Below the pieces are notes generated by a model. The model was not told where the DNA came from, made no database searches, and saw only the letters and a list, made by a program, of their open reading frames with translations. From Octopus vulgaris (Eukaryota), in NCBI GenBank assembly GCA_951406725.2, contig OX597823.1, positions 6,262,001 through 6,326,000 of the forward strand: a DNA stretch of 64,000 nt, written 5' to 3'. The translations under genes were made by a program, and so were the position numbers. The first letter of the stretch is position 1, and each line of letters starts with the position of its first letter. Below are positions 13,319-30,358 of the stretch, one piece after another.

Positions 13319-14591
13319 AGGGCTGGGCATGCCGTGGTTGATGATGCGCAGACACGCGCTGAGACTGCGACATCTCTGGCTCTATGTAGACGACGGTGAA
13401 CAGGTGTGGTCGCCGTTTGTGAGGCACGCTTTCCCGCAGCTCGTCTCCATGACCGAACTGCAGTCGTGGATCAAAAAGAGGCCGAGGAAGGGCGAATGGC
13501 ACCGCGAGTGTCGCGTTGCTCTCAAGCAACTCTGCCGTCCTGGGTCGACCTTAAGTGACTTCAACACAACCAAAGCATTCTATAGGGGTTTAGTGGAGGG
13601 GAGGTACGACGACGAGCTCGGGGCGAACCTGGACGTCGACGAGGAGTACCTGACCCGCCTGTTCAGGACGACTTTCGGGCCAGGGCCCATGGACAACTTC
13701 CAGAGATCCCTGGCCTGGCAGTGCTACCGAGAAGCGCTACCCGTTCGGGATAAGCTCTACAGACACGGCTCGAGAAACACGGGGCCGACCTGCCCGAGAT
13801 GCGGTCAGAGCGACGAAACCGTTCTGCACGCACTCGTTCAGTGTCCAACAATTTCCGACCTGTGGGCTTATGTCGAACAACTGCTGTCACGTGTGGGACG
13901 AGTCGGTTTATCAGCTGAGTCTATCGTCAATATTGCCACGCCTCCTTCCTTCAAACGGGAAGGAAGAGCTATTTTCATCATCCTTGTGGCTATGGCGAAA
14001 GAATGTATCTGGTGGACGCGTCTGAAAGGATTGGAGACAAACACTTTCCTCTCTGGTCAATCTCTCATCAACTTCTTCAAGTACCACTTGAAAAGGAAAG
14101 TGAGAGTAGAGAGGCAGGTTTTGTCTAGCGAATGTTTTAAAAAGATGGGTGAATGTAGCAAGAATGGCACGTATGAATGACGAAGCCACCTTGAGCATAG
14201 TCCTATGAACCCAGAAATCGAAAACAGAGAGTTGCTTATTTGCAAAAAAAAAAAAAAAAGAAATATAAAATGTGACATCATTGACCGAGGTTACCGTGGT
14301 CTTTTCCGTAGGCTTTTCTTTGCACGGGTAAACCTCACCTGTCCTCCCCTTTACACTTCATATTGACATTTCTGTGATAACGATCCCTATTGATCAATTT
14401 TTTTCCTCCCCCCCTTTTTTTAACCCCCCCCCTTTTTTTGTCCTCTTTCTCTCCTTTTACGATCCCTTTTGATCGAAACTCCCCCTTCCTTTTTTTTTTT
14501 TTTTTTTTTTTTTCTTAAACCTTCAAAAGAAAAGCTCTACCTTGTAATTTGTTCTATCTGTGTGCAGCCCTGTGTGGCTAATAAAGAAACA
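13319..14591 (+). mobile_element. 5'-truncated Tx1/L1-clade LINE (ORF2 C-terminus with zf-RVT CCHC zinc knuckle) embedded in (TATC)n
   Basis: GLGMP...WQCYREALPVRDKL...CPRCGQSDETVLHALVQCP...LW; 3'UTR with aataaa followed by (TATC)n. A 1-bp frameshift near 14140 relative to the 59575-60654 copy. Confidence 0.85.
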
Positions 14592-14628
14592 TATCTATCT
14601 ATCTATCCATCCATCTATCTATCTATCA

Positions 14629-14752
<124 letters not shown>

Positions 14753-14754
14753 CT

Positions 14755-14814
<60 letters not shown>

Positions 14815-14974
14815 CCTACCTGATTGGCTATGTGGTAAGAAGCTTGCTTCCCAGCCATATGGTTTCGAGTCCAGTCCCACTGCATGGCACCTCAGGCAAG
14901 TGTCTTCTGCTATAGCCTCGGGCCGACCAAAACCTTGTAAGTAGATTTGGTAGACGGAAATTCTATATATATCT

Positions 14975-15071
14975 AAAATAAACTTATTTGGAAATGGATG
15001 TGCGGCGTTCAATCAAATAATAATATAAATAATATATATACATGCATACCTGTATACATATATGTATATGC

Positions 15072-15145
<74 letters not shown>

Positions 15146-15965
15146 ATATATACATACATACACACACACACATGCATATACGGGTACAGGACGTCACCAA
15201 ACAAGAAACAAATGGAAAACAGAACAAGTAACATAAAGAACGACCCTTCATCAGTTGTTGGCTGTCTATCTACTCCTCATTTCGTGCATTGAACGACAAT
15301 ATGAGTCTTCGAAAACAGTCTTCGAAGACAGTTGCTCCCATGCGTGCCAAAATAAAATTTGGGACTTATGGAGGGTCAAAGCTGGGAACAAAAACAGGAC
15401 TGTGGAGACAAAGAAATCGAACGAAAACAAACATGGAGGGTCGTTAGACCAGAACGAGGGTAAAAATAGCGAACGCTGAAGAAATACATTCTTTGAGAAG
15501 AGAAAAGATATAAGAGAGAGAGAGATAGGATCCGTGCTGTCCTTACGACAGTCGTGAAAGAAAAGAAACATGATCACGTGAGGAAGGGAAAGATGAACGA
15601 TTGTCACGAGAGCGAGAGAGCGGAGAAAGAGGGAGAGAGAGAGAGAGAGAGAGAAAGAGAGACAGATAGAAAACGGTGAAGTGGAGGAAAAAAGGGAATT
15701 AGAGAAAGGACGAGAGAGAAAAAAGTATAGAGTAGAGTCGCATCAAAAAGATAAAGATAAGCTTACTTGGAAGTGGATGCGTGGCGTTCAATCAAATAAT
15801 GCTCGAAATGAGGAGTAGGCAGACAGCCTGTAACTGATGAAGGGTCGTTCCTTATGTTCTTATGTTCTGTTTTCCATTTGTTTCTCTCGTTGTTTGCGTA
15901 TTGAATTCATTCGCTTTCATATTTCTTGTTGTTTACTGTTTGGTGACGTCCTGTACCAATATATG
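14975..15965. mobile_element. Penelope-like element ends in inverted arrangement
   Basis: 15180-15295 and 15800-15960 are imperfect reverse complements (gtacaggacgtcaccaaaca ... gacccttcatcagtt); a direct repeat of cttacttggaa.tggatg.g.ggcgttcaatcaaataat is at 14982 and 15762. Confidence 0.5.
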
Positions 15966-15979
15966 CATGTGTGTATGTA

Positions 15980-16067
<88 letters not shown>

Positions 16068-16149
16068 TGCATAATGTATGCATGTATATACATATATATC
16101 ATTTATATTATATATGTATATATACACACACACACACACACATGTATGT

Positions 16150-16355
16150 ATTTGTGTGTCTGTGTTTGTCTCCCGACCATCACTTGGCAACCGATGTTGG
16201 TCTGTTTATGGCCCCTGTAATCTTGCGGTTCGGCAAAAATGACCGATATAATAAGTACTTGGCTTACAAAGAATAAGTCCTGGGATCGACTTGTTCGACT
16301 AAAGGCGTTGCTCCAGCATGGCCGTAGTCAAATGACTGAAACAAGTAAAAGAAAA
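16150..16355 (+). mobile_element. SINE family A 3' half
   Basis: caaccgatgttgg...gcggttcggcaaaa...ctccagcatggccg.agtcaaatgactgaaacaagtaaaag. Confidence 0.8.
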
Positions 16356-18059
16356 ATCTGTCTGTCTGTCATTGTGTGTGTGTGAATATGTTTGTATTTA
16401 TGCATATATACTGTATCTGCCAATATATATCAATATATCTGTATATATCTATATTTGTGTGTGTATACACACACACATACATGTATAAATGTTTATGCAT
16501 AAAACAAATATATACATTTATATTTACATGCATACGCATACAAACGTGTATGTGTGTGTGTGTTTGCATGCGTGTGTGTACTTGTACATGCGTTAGTATA
16601 AATATGTAAATATATCTGCTTGTACAATGATATTCAACACTGTCGAACGTGGGAAAACCTTTCGCTGTGGAAATAATCTCGGTAGAAATCATTCCTCATC
16701 GACAACATGTGTCAAAACACATTGGACTTTCAGTGACGTCATCTGATCTTTGGGCGTATGTGTTTCTGCGTTGTTCCGCGTCATCAGCCACGAATACCGA
16801 ATACGTTCTTCGCAGCGCTACCAAAACGATTGCTCTCGGGGACAGCAACGGCTGACAGTAAATATATGCTAGCGTGAGTGAAGCTTGGTTAAGCTGGAGT
16901 GAATGAAACACAGTCGTACGAAGCAGCAATGAATGGAATATATGCATGTATATATTCATATGACAGCTATGGCGACACTTCGAAGTCACAGTCACATTTT
17001 GAATAATTTTTAGTTCTACGAATTGATTTGTGTGTTCAGTCTGTTGATTTTTACATTTCTACATTATTAAAAACATTATTAAAAACACCCACATTATCAT
17101 GTGTTCACATTCACGTGCGCACGCACCCACGTACACGCGCATACACACACGCACATACATACATACATGCATACATACATACATACATACATACATACAT
17201 ACATACATACATACACACACATACATGCACATGCCTATATATTTTGTATGTAAAATGTATTTTGTATATAAAATGTGTTTGTGTGTTTGTGTGTATAATA
17301 TACATATATGTGTGCGTGTGTGATATACATGTGTGTGTTGGTTTGCGTATTTTTGTGGCCTGTCATTATTAACTATAAATGAGCGGCCATATATCATATA
17401 TTTCTTCTAAGCTCTGGGTGACTGTATTCCTGTCTTCTAATTTATTCCCCGATGCCATGTGCTGTTCGGTGGGAGTCCTTCCTTCAAAGATATTGGTGTC
17501 AAAACATATGATTAGAATGTAAGACATCGATATCAAATTTCAACAAAAATGACAAAAAAACAATGATTGTCGGTCGGTTTATATTACAAAATGGCGTACC
17601 TCTAAAAATTATTTATATCCTTTACGCAGACATTATGTCTAAGTGGCACCTCGTCGAGTCGTTTGGGTGCCAACCAAACCAAATGAATGCTATGTCGATT
17701 GCTCATACCCATCTTTCTGTTCTTCGCAAAAACAAAAAAACTTCATTTACAACGACCAAGCTGCTAACCGTTTTCTTCCATTGAATCCTTATTCCAAGTG
17801 GTTCGCTCCTCAGGAATTCCACCCTGCTTACGTTGTTGTTGTTGGTGATATTGGTGGTGGTTTCGTTGATATTCTCCCCAAGTTCGGTCCTGTTTGATCA
17901 GAGCTTCGATTAATGGCGTTCCTCTCGTTTGTAACTTATGAGATTTATTTCAGGCATAAAATGTCTAGGACTATATTATCCAATACGTAGTTTAATTTTG
18001 GTTGATGGTAGGGTGCGATTTAAGAATTTTTAGAAATATATCATATACAAATGTGTGTG

Positions 18060-18348
18060 TGTGTGTGAGCGTGTGTGTGGAGGACTCTCCCGTCGGAGAC
18101 GACGAATGGGCGTTCAGCATTTGTTCGAATGACATTCACAAATGAATCGTTTATAGTGATCAAATGTTCATACCTGCGCATAAGCTCACTCCCTCCATCA
18201 AATTGACGTTGCCTGAACAGGTGCGGTGATCGCAGAGCAATGAGATGAAGTGGTTTGCTCAAGAACACAACACATCATCCGGTCTAGGAATTGAAACCAC
18301 GATTTCGCGATCGTGAGTCCAGCACCTTAACCACTAGGCCATACGCCA

Positions 18349-18350
<2 letters not shown>
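18060..18350 (-). mobile_element. tRNA-derived SINE family B
   Basis: Minus head ggcgtatggcctagtggttaagg...ggtttcaattcc, then tgtgttcttgagcaa. Confidence 0.75.
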
Positions 18351-18430
<80 letters not shown>

Positions 18431-18463
18431 GTATATATATATATATTTATATATACACATATA

Positions 18464-19906
<1,443 letters not shown>

Positions 19907-19984
19907 TGTGTGTGTGTGTGTGTGTAAAATAATACAAACTGGGACAAGAACGCAAAACATTTAGAAGACGATACAAAAAAGCAC

Positions 19985-20055
<71 letters not shown>

Positions 20056-20169
20056 TATATATAGATAGAGGGATAGATATAGATATAGATATACACACAC
20101 ACATACAAAGATAAATTGATAGATACAACTGAGTGGGCAAACAAAAATATGAGACACTGCCTAGTGCTT

Positions 20170-20465
20170 TTTTTATTTTGATAAGCCTGGTACTTATTCT
20201 ATCAGTTTCTTCTTGTGAAAGCAGTAAGTTATGGGGATGTAAATAAACGATCACCTGTTGTGAAGCAGTGATGAGGGAGAAACACAAAGACACACACATA
20301 GACTTACATATATTCATACAATTGATTTCTTTCAGTTTCTGTCTACAAAATCCACTGACAAGGCTTTGGTTGGTCTGAGGCTATGGCAGAAGACACATGC
20401 CAAGTTACCACACAGTGGGACTGAATTGAGGACCATGTGTTTTGGAACCAAGTTTGTTACTACCT
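20170..20465 (-). mobile_element. Diverged SINE family A
   Basis: ctggtacttattctatc ... ttcagtttc.gtctac.aaatccact.acaaggctttgg ... cagtgggactgaa. Confidence 0.7.
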
Positions 20466-20564
20466 GCACTTATGTATGTGTGTGTGTGTGGATGGGTGGG
20501 TGGATCGGTGTCTGTGTGTGTATGTGGGTATGGGTGTATATATGTATGCATTATCTATGTGTAC

Positions 20565-20659
20565 ATATTACATATACATCTATATATACATCTAGACATA
20601 CATGTATATCTATAGAAATACATCTATAAATATACAGCTATACATATACATCTATATAT

Positions 20660-20699
<40 letters not shown>

Positions 20700-20794
20700 A
20701 TATATAGATGTATATGTATAGCTGTATATTTATAGATGTATTTCTATAGATATACATGTATGTCTAGATGTATATATAGATGTATATGTAATAT
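20565..20794. repeat. 230-bp perfect palindrome centred on (TA)n
   Basis: The left arm atattacatatacatctatatatacatctagacatacatg...cagctatacat reads as the reverse complement of the right arm. Confidence 0.9.
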
Positions 20795-20817
20795 ATATAT
20801 ATATATATATATATATA

Positions 20818-21671
20818 CAGGGTTTCCCCAAAAATTGTATACACACTTTGAATAATTGCAAAGTGGGTGTTTATTAAAATACATTTCATTTTCAAAATTG
20901 ATAAAATCTACAGACATTATTTTATTGTTTTGTCAACGCTTCTTTTCAAACTGATGTCCATTCTGGTCCAGGTACTGTTGACAACGCAAAAGAAGGGAAT
21001 CGCCAACATCACGAAACAATTCGTTTGGTGTTTGTGTGCCTTCTCGTTCAGTGGTTGCTCTCAAATCAAAGGTTGTTGCAGGTTTCATAGTGTAGACTTT
21101 GTCTTTTAGGTATCCCCATAAAGAAAAAAGGCTAGTGGTGTGTGGTCTGGTAAATATGGAGGGTATTCAACGAAACCCCTTTGTCCAATCCACCTGTTTA
21201 GCGATGGTAGTGTGGGGGTGCCCCATCTTGCTGAAAATAAAACTCCTCATCATCAAAGTCTTCTCTAATGCGTTGGACAGACGGTTTTGGAATACCTACC
21301 TCATGACTCGCTTGCTGCACAGATTGTCTTGGACTTCGATGATACGTTTCCAATACTCCTTCTTGCTTTGTGGGCGTTGTTGTTGTTCGTGGTCTTCTGG
21401 ACTGCTTCTCGTGGACATTCTGAACAGTCTGATCGGCATCAAAGGATCTCTAATTCGACTGATGGTGAGTCGCATTGGTGGATCTGTTTGAAACTCCCTC
21501 CTAAACTGTCTTTGCACTTCAACTGCGTTTTCCCACTTTCAGTAGCATTTTAGAATGAATTTTCTTTGTTCCAAGCTTAGTCTGACTGCCATCATTAATT
21601 ACAATGGATTTTATCTGAAAAGAAAAAATTGAGTTATCAGCTACTAAGGTGTGTATACATTTTTTTTGGAC

Positions 21672-21677
<6 letters not shown>
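20818..21677 (-). mobile_element. Internally deleted Tc1/mariner-superfamily transposon (rosa/DD41D-like) with ~30-bp TIRs and TA flanks
   Basis: TIRs cagggtttccccaaaaattgtatacacac / gtgtgtatacatttttttggacacccta. Minus fragments: QRQFRREFQTDPP.RLTISRIRD, FQQDGAPPHYHR, PDHTPLAFFLWGYLKDKVY. Confidence 0.85.
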
Positions 21678-21718
<41 letters not shown>

Positions 21719-21809
21719 ATCTATCTATCTATATATATACATACATACATATATATATCCATCTATTTATCTATTTATCTATCTGTCTGCTTATCTGTCT
21801 ATCTGTCTG

Positions 21810-23275
<1,466 letters not shown>

Positions 23276-24261
23276 ATATATATATACAGACATATATATG
23301 TGTGTGTACATATATGTATGTAAATATATATGTACATATATGCATGTATATGTGTGAATACATGCATGTATACAAGCATACATACAGGGTGGATGTTGAC
23401 TCGTGGCCGAGTAACCCCACTTCTTGAACTCATTTAATTCCAAGAAACGCTTTACCTTTGCTTTCGTTATCACTGACGCCTCACACGATTCTTAAGGGCT
23501 GCAAGTCTTTCCACTATGATTACACTTTAGTTTCCCAGCAGCAGCAGCAGCAGCAGGAGCAGCAGCCAGACTCTCTTGATGTTGAGCTTTATAATGTTGC
23601 CTGTGTCCACTGGCCGATCTACACACTTTGTTACTCAAAATGTGCGACAGATTCATACAATGAGAGTTCTCCATCCAAGAGATTAGTGTCAAAATTAGTA
23701 ATATTGCAATTATTATCAGATCGACGTGCCACGTAACAACACTTTCATTGTTTTGTTTTCCGCCCAGGTTTTTCCTGCATGAGGAGAATGGAGTTGTTCA
23801 AATAAAACACAATAGACCTTAGTCATTATGGCTAGAATTATACAGACAGCTTGGCTTGAACATCCCTAGATTTTGAGACACCAGACTGCAGCCTCCCAAT
23901 CCTGTAGATAAATCCAGCACCTCTTATAGATGTTGTCGATTTTGAAAGTCCTACAATTTTTTGTGTTAAACACTTGTAGTAAGCAAATTGGGAGCTCCAG
24001 TGTATATAAATAGATTGGTTACTTATTTCTCTGGGATTGGTCATGAGATGTAGACACCTTTGATGATACCATTATAAAGGTTGAAAATCGATTTAGGCTG
24101 TCCATCTTTTTCTTTTCTTTTTCTTTTCTAAATCAACGGAGAAATAGATAAATTTGCCATGTCAGTGAGTCTACAATGTAAATTTATATCTATCATATCA
24201 TGAAACTATGTGGACTGGGTTTCCCGTTCACTGACCCCTGATATTAAATAATCTTTTCTAT

Positions 24262-24400
24262 TATAGGCACAAGGCCTGGAGCTTTTTGGAGAAGGAGACT
24301 AGTCGATTACAGAGTTTCGCTAGTACTTAATTTATCGACCGCGAAAGGATGAAAGGCAATGTCGACCTCGGCCGAATTTGAACTCAGAATGTAGCTCAAA
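24262..24400 (-). mobile_element. SINE family C fragment
   Basis: tttatcgacc..gaaaggatgaaaggcaa.gtcgacctcggc.gaatttgaactcagaa. Confidence 0.75.
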
Positions 24401-25037
24401 TTCCGCGGATATTAAATAATGTCTTAAACACATATAGCATACAAATTCCACTAGATTTGATGAATATATAAACGGATGGCTACTTGTTTCTCTGGCATTA
24501 CTCAACCGCTGTACACACCTGATGAAACCAACCCCAGCAACAGTCGAAAATCGATTATGCTTGTTCTACGGAGAAATAAGGAAATTTTACATATTTGTAT
24601 GTCCGTTACGTAGGCTTACATATTTTCACTGATACGAAATGGTTGACGAAACATTGGAATCTATTCTTCCATTTATGAGTTGCATTTGCTATTAATGTCA
24701 CTAAAAGTGGGGCTAAATCTAATAATGTCTCATTTTATATGTTGACTATTAACATATGTTAAATATTAAATATTAAAACTTATTTGCATATTTAAAATAT
24801 TAAAAATGAACATTTTTGTAAGTTTTGACATATTAATTACCCCACAAGTATTTAGTTCCCTTCTATTTGTTAAATAGTCTAAAACATAAACAAACATTCA
24901 CACACACACAAACACGCATGCCCTCATTCCCTATGTATCTAACTTTCACACACAAGCACATACTCTCGCTTTCTCTCTCATACACACACACATCCTCTGA
25001 TTCACACTCTGTAAAATATTATTAGCATAATGTATAC

Positions 25038-25100
<63 letters not shown>

Positions 25101-25117
25101 CAGAGGGGGAGAGAGAG

Positions 25118-25148
<31 letters not shown>

Positions 25149-25183
25149 AAGAGAGAGAGAGAAAGAGACAGACAGACAGACAG

Positions 25184-25255
<72 letters not shown>

Positions 25256-25305
25256 CGAGAAAGACAGACAGACAGACAGATAGATAAATATAGATAGATA
25301 GATAT

Positions 25306-25364
<59 letters not shown>

Positions 25365-25819
25365 CATATGTTCTGAAAAGTTGCAGTTTTGAACCGGGTT
25401 AGAGTAACTATTAAACTTTGCTTCGTACTTCATGTAAATCCATCTTTTCAATCGGGTATCAAGCATCGTTTGTCCTCCGATTTTCATTCGGTATTACATA
25501 CATTTGTACAGATTGCACAAGGTAAATCCAAGATCAGAATAAAACTGTAAATTCAATTCACAGTTCACACTTTGTATCTGCCTACTAACTAACATCGGTA
25601 GCCAGCATTGGAGTAAACTATAGTAGTCTTCTGATGATCTGGTATACAGGGTGATTATGTAACCGTCTTATGTAACTGCGGACGACTTAAACACATGTAA
25701 ACTGTTGCAATTTATGATGTAAAAACGTTTTGCAATCCAATTTCCAGTTTTATTCCTTTTGTGTATTATACATACATGCACACACATACATGCATACATG
25801 CATACGTACATATATACAT

Positions 25820-26848
25820 GATTGATTGATTGATTGATTGATTGATTCTAGTTTCAGCTTATGAGCTGTGGCCATGCTGGGGCACCGCCATTTTGTGTTG
25901 CTACTTGGTTTCACTTCATGGAGGCTTTCTAGCAGCTGCTATTTGGTGCATGAGAGAGTTCGATGCAGCTGCCCTCATCTGCCCCTCCTGCCGTGAAGTT
26001 GGTTCATCTGGGACACCTGACAGGAAGAGATCCAGCTTCATTTTAAAGACATCTGTATCCACCCCATGCAGGTCTCTCAGGTTCTTCGGGAGGATATTGA
26101 AGAGCTGTGGGCCTCGGAAGCCCAGGCTATCACAGTATCTTGTCCTACATCTTGATGGCAGGTTTGGAGTCCTAGGCACCACGCAGTGGCGCCCAGTTCT
26201 GGCATTTGCGTAACTCTCGATGCCAAAGTTCAGGACACTTCCCTCCAGGATCTTCCAGATGTATATTATGGCATATCTTTCCCGCCTACGCTCCAGGGAA
26301 TATAATTTTAATCTCTTGAGTCTTTCCCAGTAGCTTACATTCTGCATAGAGGCTATCTTCTTTGTGTAGCTTCGTTGGATCGCCTCAAGTTCTGTGATCA
26401 ACTTGACACTGGATGGTGACCATAGCTGAGAGCAATAGTCAAAGTGGCTTAGGACAAGTGTCTTCCAGAGGACCATCATGGTTTCTTGTTCTCTTGTTCT
26501 AAAGGTTCTAAGAATCCATCCAGCCAGCCGTCTACATTTCATTGTCAGTTTAGCAACATGTACATGAAAGGTCGCGTCATCACTCATGTGAATACCCAGG
26601 TCACGCACTGATTGTGCCTCTGGGATTGCAATCCCTCCGGGTCCAGTGTATTCATTGGGTATTGCATTCAGTTTTGCATGCTGATAGTATAAAGCTTGAA
26701 ACTTTCCAGCATTGAACTGCATGCTATTCTTTTCAGCCCACTTGTATATTTCGTCCAGCTCACATTGCAGGTGTTTAGTGTCCTCAGGGTTCTGTATTGC
26801 CTGTGAAACTTTTGTATCATCTGCATAACTTGTGATCGTGGCTCTCTG
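25820..26848 (-). mobile_element. 5'-truncated CR1-clade LINE with open RT C-terminal frame and (CAAT)n tail
   Basis: ORF 25916-26896: SYADDTKV...LQCELD..YKWA..N.MQFNAGKF...DLG...LSHFDYCSQLWSP...LYSLERRRER; 3'UTR ggcggtgccccagcatggccacagctc...gaaactagaat(caat)n. Confidence 0.9.
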
Positions 26849-27157
26849 ACTTGTGATCGTGGCTCTCTGACTTGTGATCGTGGCTCTCATACACATTCAC
26901 ACACAAACACACACGCACACACATATTCATATATGTGCATGTATGATTCGGTGTATACCTGTTTTTTATGCAGCTTAACACGTAAATAAATTTAAAGATC
27001 AGTCAATACGTTTCAGTAAATTGGCGACATTTATTTCTATTTATCTTTGCAAAAAAAAAAATAGTTGTATGTATACATCTATGCATATACGTGTGTGTGC
27101 GTGTGCCTGAGTTTGCGTGGTGTATGTGTGTGCATATATATAGACATTTGTGTGCAC

Positions 27158-27202
<45 letters not shown>

Positions 27203-27222
27203 AACACACATATACATATATA

Positions 27223-27480
27223 TGTGAAGGCGCATGGCTTAGTGGTTAGAGCGACGAGCTTACGATCGTGAGGTTGTGAGTTTGAATCCCGGACCGGGCT
27301 GCATGTTGTGTTCTTGAGCAAGACACTTTATTTCACGTTACTCCAGTTCACTCAGCTGTAGAAATGTGTTGCAACGTCACAGGTGCCAAGCTGTATCGGC
27401 CCCTTTTGCCTTTCCCTTGGATAACACTGGTGGCGGGGAGAGGGGAGACCGGTATGCATGGGTGACTGCTGGTCGCCCAT
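27223..27480 (+). mobile_element. tRNA-derived SINE family B
   Basis: gtgaaggcgcatggcttagtggttagagcg (A box) ... gagtttgaatcccggaccggg (B box); highly similar to 46737-47075. Confidence 0.85.
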
Positions 27481-28291
27481 GCCCATATGCACAAGTACTT
27501 TGTTGATGTTGTTTAAAGTTCCAATGAAGGAACCATGGAGTTGGGTCAGAAACCAGTTCTTTTTCTATTGGCGAGAAATTGAGAAATAAAATTGAATAAT
27601 AATATGCACACACATACAAACATCCATCCATCCATCCATACATACATACAAACATCCATCCATACTTACATAGCCATAGATACATAGCTTTCAACCAGTG
27701 CCCACATGACCCTTGGGGATTCATACAAGATTTTGCTATTAAACTTTATCTACAGGAAATTGAATATACTCCGACAGTGCGCAAAATAATTCAATTCATG
27801 TTATATAACTCCAAATAATATTTAATCATAAAAACACAGTGGGATTTTTTAAATATACATCGAATGGTTTATGTGGGTCCAACTGAGCAAAACAGGAATC
27901 GTAGGGGTCCATAGGCAAAACATGATTGTTGTTATTGTAGCGTGGCTCTATGACCAAAGGGGTTACGTCCGTGATGATATGGCTTCCTTCTTCAGGTATA
28001 GTGTATCGAGCACTCTTTTTTTTAATGGGACGGAGTGTAGCCAAAGAATCCAGCTGCTATTTCTAGTGAGTGGAGTAATCCTCTATAGGCTCACCATTTT
28101 TGTAATCCTCTATATTGGCTCTCGAATTATTATTTATGATTCTATGCCGTTCAGTAATGTTATGTATAAACAAATCTTAGCTCTGAATTGTGTGTGTGAA
28201 TGTATGGAGGAGTGTTGCAGGGAGATGCTATGAAATTTAATCTATGAAGCAAGGGATTTTTAAACCTTCATACGCATACACTACACACACG

Positions 28292-28348
<57 letters not shown>

Positions 28349-28427
28349 ACACACACATACACACACACACACACACACACATACCGACACGCACTCCCAT
28401 AAATACGTAAGCCTACAGGCACTGAAT

Positions 28428-28491
<64 letters not shown>

Positions 28492-28624
28492 CAGAAAGAC
28501 AGAAAAAGACAGAGAAAGACAGATAAAGAGGGAGGGAGGGAGGGAGACAAAGAACCCCCCCACACACTCCTATACTAAGGAAGAATGACAACGAAAAACC
28601 CATGCGTAATGTATTTCACAGCAT

Positions 28625-28678
<54 letters not shown>

Positions 28679-28889
28679 TATATTTGACGGTGAATCAATC
28701 AACTCTATCGATTGACAAACTAATCATTCCATGATGCAAGGTCAATCTTTGTAAGGAGCGTGCCATAGAAACGGAGGAATCGCAACTGCAGCTCACGGCG
28801 CCGCAGTGTTGATTTGACGGTCGGAGCATTGACCGGTTGCATATCATTGGAGACGTTTTGTGCTGTGTGCCCGGCATAGCTTTCTATCG

Positions 28890-29288
28890 CCTTTAATTTG
28901 CATTAACCATTTGGATTGCGGCCATGCTGGGGCACTGCCTTGGGAATTTTCATCGAACGAATCGAGCCCAGTACTTATTTCTTTCGATAGAATGAGAACA
29001 AGACTAAGTTACAGGGACGTGAACTCACTCAACGTTGGTTGCCAAGCGGTGGTAGGGGACAAAGACACAAAGAAACACAGACACACACATGCAAACACAC
29101 ACACACACACACTCTTTGTAATGCTTTATGGCAAATTTTTAGGAAATAAAGTAGCTTGCTTACGAATCACATGGTTCCGGGTTCATTCCCTCTGCGTGGC
29201 ACCTTGGGCAAGTGTCTTTTACTATAGCCTTGCGCCGACAAAGGCCTTGTGAGTGGATTTGGTAGACGGAAACTGAAGGAAGCCCGTC

Positions 29289-29358
<70 letters not shown>

Positions 29359-29525
29359 GTGTATGTATGTGTGTATGTATGTGTGTATGTATGTATGTAT
29401 GTATGTATGTATGTATGTATGTATGTATGTATGTATGTGTGTGTGTCTGTGTTTGTCCCCCCAACATCGCTTGACAACCGATGGTGGTGTGTTTACTTCC
29501 CTGTAACTTAGCGGTTCGGCAAAAG
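28890..29525. mobile_element. Two SINE family A copies (minus 28890-29100; plus 29150-29525 with internal microsatellite)
   Basis: Homology to 967-1412. Confidence 0.75.
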
Positions 29526-29591
<66 letters not shown>

Positions 29592-29951
29592 ATAGATCGA
29601 TCGACAGGTAGATGGACAGATAATGACCAAGAGAAATTGGTTCTAGTCGCTCTTCGGTTTGTTCTAGAATGCTGTCTGCACTTTTAACGACGAGAGGGTC
29701 TGATTCTAAAACGAGGCTAAATCTATGTTTATTAAATATTCTATAAATGGAAATGGCTTTAACAGTTCATCCACAACCATGTAAATATAGGTACAACTTG
29801 CGCGCGCGCACACACACACATTACACATTACACACACACATTACACATTACACACACACATTACACATTACACACACACACACACACATTACACACACAC
29901 TATATGCAAAGTAGTCATGCTGCTGGTGGTGGTGGTGGTAGTGGTAGCAGA

Positions 29952-30185
29952 AAGGCGGCGAGCTGGCAGAAACGTTAGCACGCCGGGCGAAATGCGAAGC
30001 CGTATTTCGTTTGTCTTTATGCTCTGAGTTCAAATTCCGCCGAGGTCGACTTTACCTTTCATCCTTTCGGGGTCGATAAATTAAGTACCAGTTGCATACT
30101 GGGGTCGATATAATCGGCTTAATCCGTTTGTATGTCCTTGCTTGTCCTCTCTATGTTTCGCCCCTTGTGGGTAGTAAAGAAATAG

Positions 30186-30254
<69 letters not shown>

Positions 30255-30265
30255 ATAGTAGCAGC

Positions 30266-30311
<46 letters not shown>

Positions 30312-30324
30312 ATAGTAGTAGTAA

Positions 30325-30358
<34 letters not shown>
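29952..30358 (+). mobile_element. Full-length SINE family C with (TAG)n tail
   Basis: aaggcggcgagctggcagaaacgttagc...gagttcaaattccgccgaggtcgacttt.cctttcatcctttcggggtcgataaa...gggtagtaaagaaataggta(gta)n. Confidence 0.85.

Noticed and set aside
27223-27300. tRNA-like sequences here and at 46737, 54600-54670 and 62960-63034
   Set aside because: They are SINE heads continuing into the shared SINE body, not standalone tRNA genes.
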